Below, in pieces: positions 12,601-23,226 of a DNA stretch of 64,000 nt (its first letter is position 1; each line of letters starts with the position of its first letter). Both the position numbers and the translations under genes were made by a program. Below the pieces are notes generated by a model. It did no database searches, was not told the DNA's origin, and saw only the letters and a list, made by a program, of their open reading frames with translations. Source of the stretch: Haliotis cracherodii (taxonomy: Eukaryota); the NCBI RefSeq assembly GCF_022045235.1, contig NW_027266297.1, forward strand, positions 55,366,001-55,430,000. Reading direction: 5' to 3'.

Positions 12601-15600
12601 TAATGGACTGGTTGACACTGGTTCAGAGCTATGCAAAGGAAGAGGTACAGTAGAGGGTATTAGATTACTTGACTGTCTCGTACTTCCTGCAGTTTTCATG
12701 GAGAATCATGATAATGCTGAATGCTGAAACTTACAACTCCCTTGAGTACAATCTCCGTCTGTGTGGCTCCGGTCGGGTACACCACACCAGGACAGTCCAC
12801 CAGGAAGATCCTCTTCATCAACGTCACGTACTGCCACACCTGCAGCACAGCATTGTGGGTAATGTCACATCTTACAAGGCAAGGATAAACAGCTGTTGGA
12901 GTGGGGTGGGGGTGGGGGGATAGGGGGGGATGGGGGATATATGTAAATGTTCAGTGAAACACCATTGTGTTAAAATTTGATGTGTCAAACTTATGTTTGT
13001 CTCGAAGTAAAAGGTTGTTCCCTTCATCCGGTAAGTACTGGAGTTTTGACTGTAGTTTATCACAGGACCCGAATATGACACAATAGACGTAAGACTGACC
13101 TTGGTTTCTCCAGCAATGGGGGCGACCTTGCAGACTTTCTTTGCCTTCAAGGTGTTGATGATGGAGCTCTTCCCCACGTTAGGGTAGCCGATGAACCCTA
13201 CACTGATCTGCTTCTTGTCAATGTGAAGCTGTAACACAAAGTCAAGGCTGTAACAGATGGATGAAGCTGTCTGTCTGTCTGTCTGCTGTATGATCGCAGT
13301 ATGTAAATAATTAAGTCTTGGCCAGATAAACCAGTGGTTGATATTAGCACTGACAGGTAGAATGACAGTCAATCAACAAAGCCGCTGAGCCTGACAACCA
13401 GATCCACAGACTCTTACAACAAGCACAGGTTGCTGGGGAACTATAGGAACACGGAATCCCCACTGGGTATGTAAAAGTGTAACAGAAATATGAGGCTGTA
13501 ACAGAGATATATCACTCCCTTACAGGAGTTGTCTCCCTTTACCTACCTTGCCAAACTGCCGGAGGAGGTTGATCAGAGCCCCCTTTCCGAAGGAGTTCGT
13601 GATGCTGGCATGGAACGCCATGGTCGGATGTTCTGCAGACAGAATGGCCACCCACTTTTGCTGTAAAATAACATAGAATCACACAATGTTTCCTTATATA
13701 CAAGAACAGGACAATAACAAGCACACACATCTCCCAAATTCTGAGTTTTTAGTCAGACCTCCAACATCCGAGCAAACTGGTTATTTTAGGACAAAATCAG
13801 CAATGATACAGTGTTGTCCTATTCACTGTACAGGGTAATCTGACTTGGAGCAGGCCAACTTGTGGTTGACAGTCTAGAACAGCCCACAGTACCCAATGTT
13901 ACCAGGAGTACTTACCGTCACCCAGATAGGCACCAGGTCAACTTTGTTCAAAACAAAGATCAGATTCTTGTGTGACTTTTCCTTCTTGAGATATTTCTCC
14001 ACCTGGTAGCAGCGCGTGCCAAGAGGATCCCGGGCGTCCAGGACTTGAACCACCACGTCAGAGGAGTCGATCACCTGCAGCACGGAAGGAAGCATTACAG
14101 GACAGTGACGATACAATTTGTTTGTTTGTTTGTTTGTTTTGTCTGCTGCCACTGTCTGCTGCATCACACAGATCAAATCTGGGCCAGACAAACCAGTGGT
14201 CGATGTCATGAGCAATGTCATGTCCCACACTCACTGGTATCATTACCCACTATCAAGAGCATGACCACACAAATTAATCCAATTCGGGCACCATTGTAAT
14301 GATGATAACAAATCTAGATCTTTTCCAAATCGGGATTCATAACGAGGAATCAATTTTGGGTTGTAATATCTCTGTCTAGTGTGCTTCAATTGGCCTCATT
14401 TACCATATCCCAGTCTTCGAAATAAGCGCCTTTCCTTGGCAGATAGATCTTGTTTCAGCCCATGGTTTCAAAACTTGCATGGGTCCTTATGGTCTGCAAT
14501 ACATTTACATGTCAATTTATTTGTCACAATAAGCAGCAGTTATTTAAATGAGGGCCTGAAGAGCTTTGTCAGGGCCTGCAGCTTCTAAAATCTGTACTTC
14601 CTGATGGTAGGCTGTCATTTTTTATATATTTCAAACACTGCTATGACCCCCTCCTCTCCATACCTTGTACAGTTCATTCCAGATTCTCTTGGACTGCCCT
14701 GCCTTGAAGACAATCTCTGGGGTCTCGTCCTTCACCCCGGTGTCCTCCTCCACTAGGTCATGGTCCTTGCTGATGTCGTACTGGCCTCCCAACGTCTCCG
14801 CCTGCTGCACCAGCGCCTACAACAAGTCAGCCAGCCATCAACACATTGTCATACTTCCCCCTCAACATCTCTGCCTGCTGTAATAGAATACCTTACTATT
14901 AAGATCCGGGGTAGAATAGGTCTTCAGCAACTCATGCTTGCCGTAAGAGGCAACTATGCTTGTCATAAGAGGTGATTAATCGGTGGTCAGCTCACTGACT
15001 TGGTAGATGCATGTCATTGTATCTAAACGGTGTAGATTGATGCTCATGATGTCAATCACTGGATTGTGTGGTCTAGACTGTTATTTATAAATCGCTGTCA
15101 TATGGCTGGAGTGTGATGTTAAACAACAAACTAAACAACAAACTAAACAACAAACTAAACAAAAACAAAAAAAACATCCACCAATTGTTAGGTTCAGCAG
15201 ATTGCTTGCATACTGCCTATCAACAATTGTACTGTTAGTTTGATTCACAAATTAATTCTTCATAATTAGTTGACCTGTCCATCTGCACTCACCGACATGT
15301 CTGCTACTTTCAGATTCGGACGTTTCCTCTGAGATTTCTTCCCAAATGTTGTCTCGAATGATTCTGTGTCAAGTAGATGAACTCTGGCATTCTGGAACAA
15401 CAATGATTCAATGAATCAAGTATTTCTACCATCAGCATCTTACAACTGGCAAACAAGTTAAGCAACGACAAGATAGCTTCAAGGAATCACCTTCATGACT
15501 GATAAAAACATCAAAGTTATACCAGTTATTGTATTTGAAGTCATCAAATTGACATACAATCGAAATATGCAGAGTATGAACAGAAATATAAAATAACATG

Positions 15601-18600
15601 TTGGCTGATCTGAGATGATTTATTACCATTATTTGTCATAATATGCAGATTTCAGACTGGCTAGTTGCCATCATGTAGAAACACATACAAGTTGGCCAGC
15701 CTGAGGTGAGGTGAAAAGGGGTTTAAAGTCGTGTTCAAGATTATAGCTCTTATATATAGCGATGAGTGAGTGAGTGAGTGAGTTGGGTTTAACGTCGCTT
15801 TTAACAGTATTCCAGTTATATCGCGGGGTGTCAGCTTAATGTGGGAGGAAAGCCTGAAGTGATACAGGTCTCAGACGTTTACCACTTCAGTGAAACCCAT
15901 GAGCACGGGTATTGTGCTGACAAACCTAGAAACATAATCGGGGCGAACAGGGATTTGAACCCACAATCATAGGTTTCTGGCGTGCCCAATAGACACAACT
16001 CTGCACAGCAAATCGCGGCGCCTTAGACGACTGGGCCACCCGTGCCCCCTACATATAGCGATGACCAACCTCAATGGACATCAAGACATCATAACGTTCC
16101 ATATGATGCCATCTGCTCATCATATCATAATTGACATTTAACGTTACCATACCGAACCCACTAGCGGTCGTAAAGCAGAACTGATATTGTCACACAAACA
16201 CATTTCACTGAAAACAGATCTCTGTACTTGTGAACATATAATGATACANNNNNNNNNNNNNNNNNNNNNNNNNNNNNNNNNNNNNNNNNNNNNNNNNNNN
16301 NNNNNNNNNNNNNNNNNNNNNNNNNNNNNNNNNNNNNNNNNNNNNNNNNNNNNNNNNNNNNNNNNNNNNNNNNNNNNNNNNNNNNNNNNNNNNGTGAGGT
16401 GGGGTGGGGTGAGGTGAGGTGGGTAAGGTGAGGTGAGGTGAGGTGAGGTGAGGTGAGGTGAGGTGGGGTGGGGTGGGGTGGGGTGAGGTGAGGTGTTGTG
16501 AGGTGAGGCGAGGTGAGGTGGGGTGGGGTGGGGTGGGGTGGGGTGAGGTGAGGTGAGGTGGGGTGAGGTGGGGTAAGGTGAGGTGAGGTGAGGTGAGGTG
16601 AGGTGTTGTGAGGTGAGGTGAGGTGAAATGGGGTTTTACATCATGTTTAAGATTATTGCACTGTAAGAGCGACGTGCGTGGATGCTTGTACTAGTCTGGA
16701 CTAATGCCCATTTGATAGTGCCAGCCCACTGAGATATCCTACTGCAGTTTAACATGAACACCCCACTCAGACACAGTATACAGACTCCGTGCTGACCGTG
16801 CTGACCGTGCTGACCATGCCAAGCGCCATACAGGTTAACAACATGTACCATCTTTTAACGTCTTTTGGTATGACGCGGCCAGGTATCAAGCCATTCTCCA
16901 GGCAGACGCTCCACCACCAGACCACGGAGGCGGTCGTGTCCCTAGAGGTGTGTGGACGGGATGTTACAAGCTGAATGTTCGGTCTCTTGGTGTACATGCC
17001 TACAGTACTGGTGAAACTACTGCAGGTAATTCTCAATGAGCATCATAGCATTAGCGCCTGCTGATTGGGTATTTCACACCAATTTAAGAATTAAAATTCA
17101 TTGTCTTCCATGTTTTTAAAGCGCCCATAGCAACCTGATGTCGTTTCAAGGTATTGTCGCAAATAGTTGGAGACCGCGTCATCCATCAAACATGTCATGA
17201 CAAGGCATTGGCGCAAATAGTTGAAGACCACGTCATCCATCGTACATGTCATGACAAGGCATTGGCGCAAATAGTTGAAGACCACGTCATCCATCATACA
17301 TGTTATGACAAGGCATTGGCGCAAATAGTTGAAGACCACGTCATCCATCGTACATGTCATGACAAGGCATTGGCGCAAATAGTTGAAGACCACGTCATCC
17401 ATCAAACATGTCATGACAAGGCATTGGCGCAAATAGTTGAAGACCACGTCATCCATCATACATGTCATGACAAGGCATTGGTGCAAATAGTTGAAGACCA
17501 CGTCATCCATCGTACATGTCATGACAAGGCATTGGCGCAAATAGTTGAAGACCACGTCATCCATCAAACATGTCATGACAAGGCATTGGCGCAAATAGTT
17601 GAAGACCACGTCATCCATCATACATGTCATGACAAGGCATTGGCGCAAATAGTTGAAGACCACGTCATCCATCGTACATGTCATGACAAGGCATTGGCGC
17701 AAATAGTTGAAGACCACGTCATCCATCGTACATGTCATGACAAGGCATTGGTGCAAATAGTTGAAGACCATGTCATCCATCGTACATGTCATGACAGGGC
17801 ATTGGTGCAAATAGTTGAAGACCACGTCATCCATCAAACATGTCATGACAAGGCATTGGCGCAAATAGTTGAAGACCACGTCATCCATCGTACATGTCAT
17901 GACAAGGCATTGGTGCAAATAGTTGAAGACCACGTCCTCCATCGTACATGTCATGACAAGGCATTGGTGCAAATAGTTGAAGACCACGTCATCCATCGTA
18001 CATGTCATGACAAGGCATTGGTGCAAATAGTTGAAGACCACGTCATCCATCGTACATGTCATGACAAGGCATTGGCGCAAATAGTTGAAGACCACGTCAT
18101 CCATCAAACATGTCATGACAAGGCATTGGCGCAAATAGTTGAAGACCACGTCATCCATCGTACATGTCATGACAAGGCATTGGCGCAAATAGTTGAAGAC
18201 CACGTCATCCATCGTACATGTCATGACAAGGCATTGGCGCAAATAGTTGAAGACCACGTCATCCATCAAACATGTCATGACAAGGCATTGGCGCAAATAG
18301 TTGAAGACCACGTCATCCATCATACATGTCATGACAAGGCATTGGCGCAAATAGTTGAAGACCACGTCATCCATCATACATGTTATGACAAGGCATAATA
18401 TTGGCATTGTTCCAACCATAGACTCACTGGGATGATGCAGTTTACATACATACATACATACCAATATTATTGTACTCTTCTTGATGAAATATCAGTATTA
18501 TGAAAAAAAACGCACTCAGATTTATTCATTTTCTGTTCCCATCAAATAATGTTGATCGTTTCTCACCAAGGCTTGGCACAAAATTAAATCAGGAAAGAAT

Positions 18601-21600
18601 CCACAAGTCCTCATAGTTCACATATACCACTCAAAACAAGTTAAAGAATACCCACACAGGCAGGCTGTTTAGAATACCCACACAGGCAGGCTGTTTAGAA
18701 TACCCACAACTGACAGGCTGTTTAGAATACCCACAACTGGCAGGCTGTTTAGAATACCCACAACTGACAGGCTGTTTAGAATACCCACAACTGACAGGCT
18801 GTTTCATAGTCATGTGAAAACATTGGGTGTTCCTTAACTTCTTTTGAGTAGTATATTATTCTCTTATTATCCGATACTTGAGTCTGATGATGTAATCAGA
18901 TGAAACTGACCTTTGCAACCTCATTCAGCAATGTGATTGGTAGCTTTGTCTGCTGCATGACGACCTTGTATGGATCACGCTTCACCTTGCCCATTTCATC
19001 TTGAAATGTCTGAAGGGCTGTCTGTGTCACAACTCGTGTGTTTCCTAGAAAGAAGAACATCCTGTGTTCAAGCATACAAGCCAGCCAGCCATCAACACAT
19101 TATCATACTTGCCCCTCTGTCTGCTGCAATAGAATACCTAACCCATCAAGATCTCGGGTAGAATAGGTTTTCAGCAACCCATGCTTGCCGTCAGAGGCAA
19201 CAATGCTTGTCGTAAGAGGCGACAAATGGGATTGGTTGTCAGGCTCTCTGACTAGGTTGATGCATGTCATCGTGTCCCAATTGCATGGATCAATGCTCAT
19301 GTTTTCAATCACTTGATTGTCTGGTACAGACTTGATTATTTACAGACCGCAGTCATATAGCTGGAATATTGCCGAGTGCGGCATTAAACAACAAACAAAC
19401 AAACCATATCAATACAGGAGCCAAAAGTTTGTAAAATAGATTAATATATGTAAAATAAGGACATTATTTCACTCCTATGATGTCATTCAGTCCAGAACCT
19501 GTAACCAGGGTATGCATTAGTTTCCAATGTACACCGGCCAGGAGGCCGTGTTAATAAAACATGTTGCAAACACTCATACTAACCCTACCTTATGGAGACC
19601 GTAATTGGCAATAGGACTCAAAATAGTTTTGAGATTATAAATCTAAACAATGGCGAAGCTGATACATTTCTTGGTACTTTTGTCTGAGGCTTGTTGTGGT
19701 TCTTTGACTATCACATGCATAGATAAAAACGTATGTATATGCTTTGTTTGGTTTGTTTGTTTCTCCAATGTTTAACCACCTGATCCCGTTAGTCGCCTCT
19801 TACAACAAGCATGGGTTGCTGAAGACCTATTCTACCCCGGATCTTACTGGGTCGTATGTATATGCATATCATCAGTCATGATCAGTGTACAGCAAAAAGC
19901 AGTTTCCGATAAACTACGAAAAGAAAACAAAATGACAAAATACTTTGACATTAAATAACGCCTTAACAGACTTGATTCGTTGAAAATGCTAGAAATAATT
20001 GAGTATTGAGTACAATTTTCAATAAGGTAGTCGGGCCAGATGGAAATGTAACCAGCCCAATCTAAAAGTCACCAGCATTTGGCTAGCAGGCAGGCAGCAG
20101 TCTGAAAAAACATGCAGTGCGCTTGTACCAACTTCAATATAGGTGGTATCTTGAAAGTGAACAAGGAGTGGTGCTTAACATTTTTCTAGCTGCATATAAA
20201 ATTGAAAATTTCTCTCACCAAACCAGCGTCTGTTGGGTTCCACTCGAGCGACAGTCCCAGAGGCCAGGGTTGACTGGTACGGGGCCGGGGATAGTATTTT
20301 CCCTTTCCTGTCTCTGCAAAGTCATGTTACCATGGTTACAGTAGGGAAAATTTGACCTTGTACCAAGAAACAGACACATATATAGAGACACATGAGAAAT
20401 GTCATGCTCATTTTATGAAACTATTGTCTGATAGGCCGATAGACATGATAGAGTGTCATGTCTTTATTGTGGCGTCACATCTGCTTTGCTCTCTATACTA
20501 TCTTTGCCACCAGTCATACAGACTGTGCAAGGCGGCCTACTGCCATGTATGGAGTTTTAATCATAACCAAGTCTGGGCTATATTTTAAGAACTTGATTTA
20601 AAGTGCATCTGGGGCATTTTGACATAAAACCCAGTTTCACCAAACAAAACCAGATTGTACATTGGTCCCATAAATTTATCAAAGTTGAAACATAGACATG
20701 ATAGACGCATAAACTAGTTTAAATATATATGATTGTATTGCTGTAAATATAACTGAAGAATGTGCACATAATCTTGAAGTACCCACAATTTGATGATGTA
20801 AAGCCCAAGAAAGCAGTGTTGACAGTGTAGACATTTTGTCAATAGTACTGCAAGGTATACAATATCAGCGTTACATATGTTCTTTGCATGGGTCGCTTTT
20901 TATCTAGCTTATTTTGGAAATAGATGGATAGTCTCTCAGGGATACAAATTAACCAAGAATGTCAACTAGCCCCGGATAGTAATAACCTATATCAAAACCC
21001 TCCAAAATGTCTGAAATTCTACCAGCCCATAGGATATCTTTATCATGTTTATCATTAACAATACTGGTCCAGATAGTGAACTAGTTAAAAAATTTAAGAT
21101 AGTGAATACCAATGCAACCCCAAACATACAAGATGCAAATTATCAACTGTTACATTTTTTAAATATTTTTTTATTATTATTATTCCTTAAAAAAAATGTT
21201 ATTTATTCTACATTAGTGCAGAGCCATATGAGGTTAAATTTCACACACAGAATTAACTGAATCAACATTTCTTCCAAGTTATTTGCTGGTGAAATCATTT
21301 TGACTTTAATGTATACCTCTTAGCCTTGAAGTTTTTGTACATGAGCAAACGCTTGATGGTAGTTTTATCTCTCATGTTGTGTCCGCCCTGGCCTTTCACC
21401 CGATCTGAAAAATCAAATAATCATTGTTACATCATTTACAATCTACCCTTGGTACAATTTGACATACCGTATTCGACGTAATAAGCGCCCTGGGTGCTCT
21501 CAAAATTAGAACTAGGGGGCCCTTATAAGAATATTATTTTGGTGAAAAAAAAAAACAGAGTTGAAAGATAAATTTCATGGTTTATGCTGACAGCCTGAAA

Positions 21601-23010
21601 TGTATATGTACGACAGATATATTTTTCCAGAATTTAATTGCCCATAATTAAAGGTGCATATAACACACGAATGCGTATTATACGTGAATAAATAAGACTT
21701 GTGTACATTGATCAATCGGAAGGGGTGCTAATTGGGATTGATCACTAGCCAATATCTTAGCAAATGTCGCCGTGGACGCTTATTAGAGCGGGACGCTTAT
21801 TACGTCAAATATGGTACTGCAATGTGAGATGCAATAAATGTTACAGACGTGGTTGGAATAATGAATGATGATGGTTGAGCTGATGGAGCCTGCAAAATCA
21901 ATATCAGACTATTGTAAAATGTTATGCAGGCCTGGAACCAAGCTGTGTGTCAGTGACCAGTGGATGTCAGATAGAAATACCATTGCAACATAAAGCTATG
22001 TGTCAGTGACCAGTGGATGTCAGATAGAAATACCATTGCAACATATAGCTATGTGTCAGTGACCAGTGGATGTCAGATAGAAATACCATTGCAACATATA
22101 GCTATGTGTCAGTGACCTGTGGATGTCAGATAGAAATACCATTGCAACATATAGCTATACATGTGTCAGTGACCAGTGGATGTCAGATAGAAATACCATT
22201 GCAACATATAGCTATACATGTGTCAGTGACCAGTGGATGTCAGATAGAAATACCATTGCAACATATAGCTATGTGTCAGTGACCAGTGGATGTCAGATAG
22301 AAATAGCACATATCCCAATTGGATATTTTGTATCCATCTCTTGAGACCTACAGCAGGTACTAGGGTAGGGTCAGGTAATAGGGGGGTAGGTAATAAATTT
22401 GGACTCTTCACAGCCCTAATAGTGATCAAGAACCTCCTTAGAGATCATTAGGTACCCTCACAACCTTGAGATTGGGAACCCTCTGCTAATCAAACATTGC
22501 TTTACAATACTTAGGCAGGACAAGGCACCCCTTTACAATCATTAGGGTTAGTTTGATATGTGCTATCTCTTTTAAAGATGTAATCTCATGAAAATATTAC
22601 AATGTGTATGAAGTGTCGAGTTGCTGATCATTTGGTAAACGGGCACTTATTATTTAGTTGGACAGTGGTCCCGTGATAGAGAGTTGGTTAACTCATTAGC
22701 CTATCTTCGCATCAAGCTGGAAACGCGATTTCGATCCTCCGCTCTGCGCGAATGGAAAAACAGGCACCCGAAATCCGAAAAGTACCCCCGGTAAAGTGTG
22801 ATGGTAAAGCATTTTTTATGTACGGTTTTCCGAGTGAACGAGTTGACTTGTGTTCGATTCCATATTACCATGTGTGACTGTGTCACAGAATCCGGCCAGG
22901 TTGTTTTCTTAAAAATGTATCAAAGTATTACCTGGGTTCATACTGTGTTGTCCCTTTTTCATCCCGTCTTTGGGGGCTGCTTTCTGTTGAATTTTACGTG
23001 TCTTAGCCAT
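3679..23010 (-). CDS. GNL2: Nucleolar GTP-binding protein 2 (NOG2/NGP1, circularly permuted YlqF/YawG GTPase), 15 coding exons, about 746 aa
   Basis: Exons (minus): 22932-23010, 21317-21404, 20219-20313, 18911-19044, 15293-15391, 14664-14816, 13916-14074, 13547-13660, 13100-13228, 12735-12839, 9830-9988, 9114-9209, 4978-5575, 4370-4512, 3679-3768. All are GT-AG with consistent phases and total 2241 nt. Peptides [60 protein letters not shown] (G4), GYPNVGKSS (G1), GETKVWQY, DCPG (G3), [11 protein letters not shown] and [15 protein letters not shown] match recalled GNL2. Confidence 0.96.
3829..3935. mobile_element. PIF/Harbinger-type MITE
   Basis: TIR GGCCCCGTTCCACAAAGCGA and 3-bp CAG TSD (3826-3828, 3936-3938). 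Confidence 0.8.
6494..7430 (-). pseudogene. DIRS reverse transcriptase, frameshifted and truncated
   Basis: RT motifs are split over ORFs 7133-7396, 6471-7055 and 6494-6898, with an in-frame stop near 7412. It ends abruptly after RGRLQL. Confidence 0.88.
7493..8433 (-). pseudogene. DIRS Gag-like ORF1 in two overlapping pieces
   Basis: Position upstream of RT inside the ITRs. [12 protein letters not shown] resembles the recalled DIRS gag 'L...P.....LF' motif and is followed by a basic, Gly/Pro-rich tail. Confidence 0.65.
10013..12345. repeat. 34-bp minisatellite, about 68 copies, GNL2 intron 10
   Basis: Unit CTAGCTTCAGTCACACTAGGACAGGTGTAGGCAC. Confidence 0.97.
15766..16052 (-). mobile_element. 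SINE family A (tRNA-Leu-like head), full length
   Basis: A box TGGCCCAGTCGTCTAAGG, B box GGTTCAAATCC, (ACTC)n tail and 12-bp TSD ATATAGCGATGA (15754-15765, 16053-16064). Other copies at about 195-415 (+), 9496-9682 (-) and 40687-40953 (-). Confidence 0.88.
16249..16393. other. Assembly gap (N run)
   Basis: Run of N in GNL2 intron 4. The GNL2 reading frame is continuous across it. Confidence 0.99.
16394..16935 (-). mobile_element. SINE family D copy with expanded (CACCT)n tail
   Basis: Body matches 27036-27383. The tail is read as (GGTGA/GGTGG)n at 16394-16627 and runs into the assembly gap. Confidence 0.82.
17150..18396. repeat. 54-bp minisatellite, about 23 copies, GNL2 intron 4
   Basis: Unit ATGTCATGACAAGGCATTGGCGCAAATAGTTGAAGACCACGTCATCCATCGTAC. 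Confidence 0.97.
18645..18803. repeat. Tandem repeat of about 27-30 bp
   Basis: Unit AGAATACCCACA(ACT)G(A/G)CAGGCTGTTT. Confidence 0.85.
21467..21814. mobile_element. pogo/mariner-type MITE
   Basis: TIR CCGTATTCGACGTAATAAGCGCCC versus GGGACGCTTATTACGTCAAATATGG, with TA on both flanks. Confidence 0.75.
21945..22305. repeat. Tandem repeat of about 54-58 bp
   Basis: Unit GTGTCAGTGACCAGTGGATGTCAGATAGAAATACCATTGCAACATATAGCTAT. Confidence 0.9.
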
Positions 23011-23226
23011 AGCTGTTTAAAGGAATCAAAGATATATTGCAGACTAAATGTTTTGCAACACGCAGGGATCCAACGTGATCGGAAGCGGAAGTTAGAGAAA
23101 GACAGACAAGGAGAGAAATATCTCTGTATTTTCATTCGTCGAAAAGACTTACTGCCGGAAGCGGGAATTTCGAGAAAAACATTTCCTTGGACAAGCTATT
23201 CATGATCAAGTTCAGTAGTAGAAGTT
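23011..23226. promoter_or_regulatory. Bidirectional promoter shared by GNL2 and CENPW
   Basis: Divergent ATGs 216 bp apart. ETS/GABP-type CGGAAG motifs at 23080-23091 (tandem) and 23156-23161, and an E2F-like GCGGGAA at 23161. Confidence 0.7.

Noticed and set aside
5576-22931. Intronic snoRNAs in GNL2
   Set aside because: I found no convincing C/D box pair with a terminal stem by eye. A snoRNA scan would be needed to exclude them.
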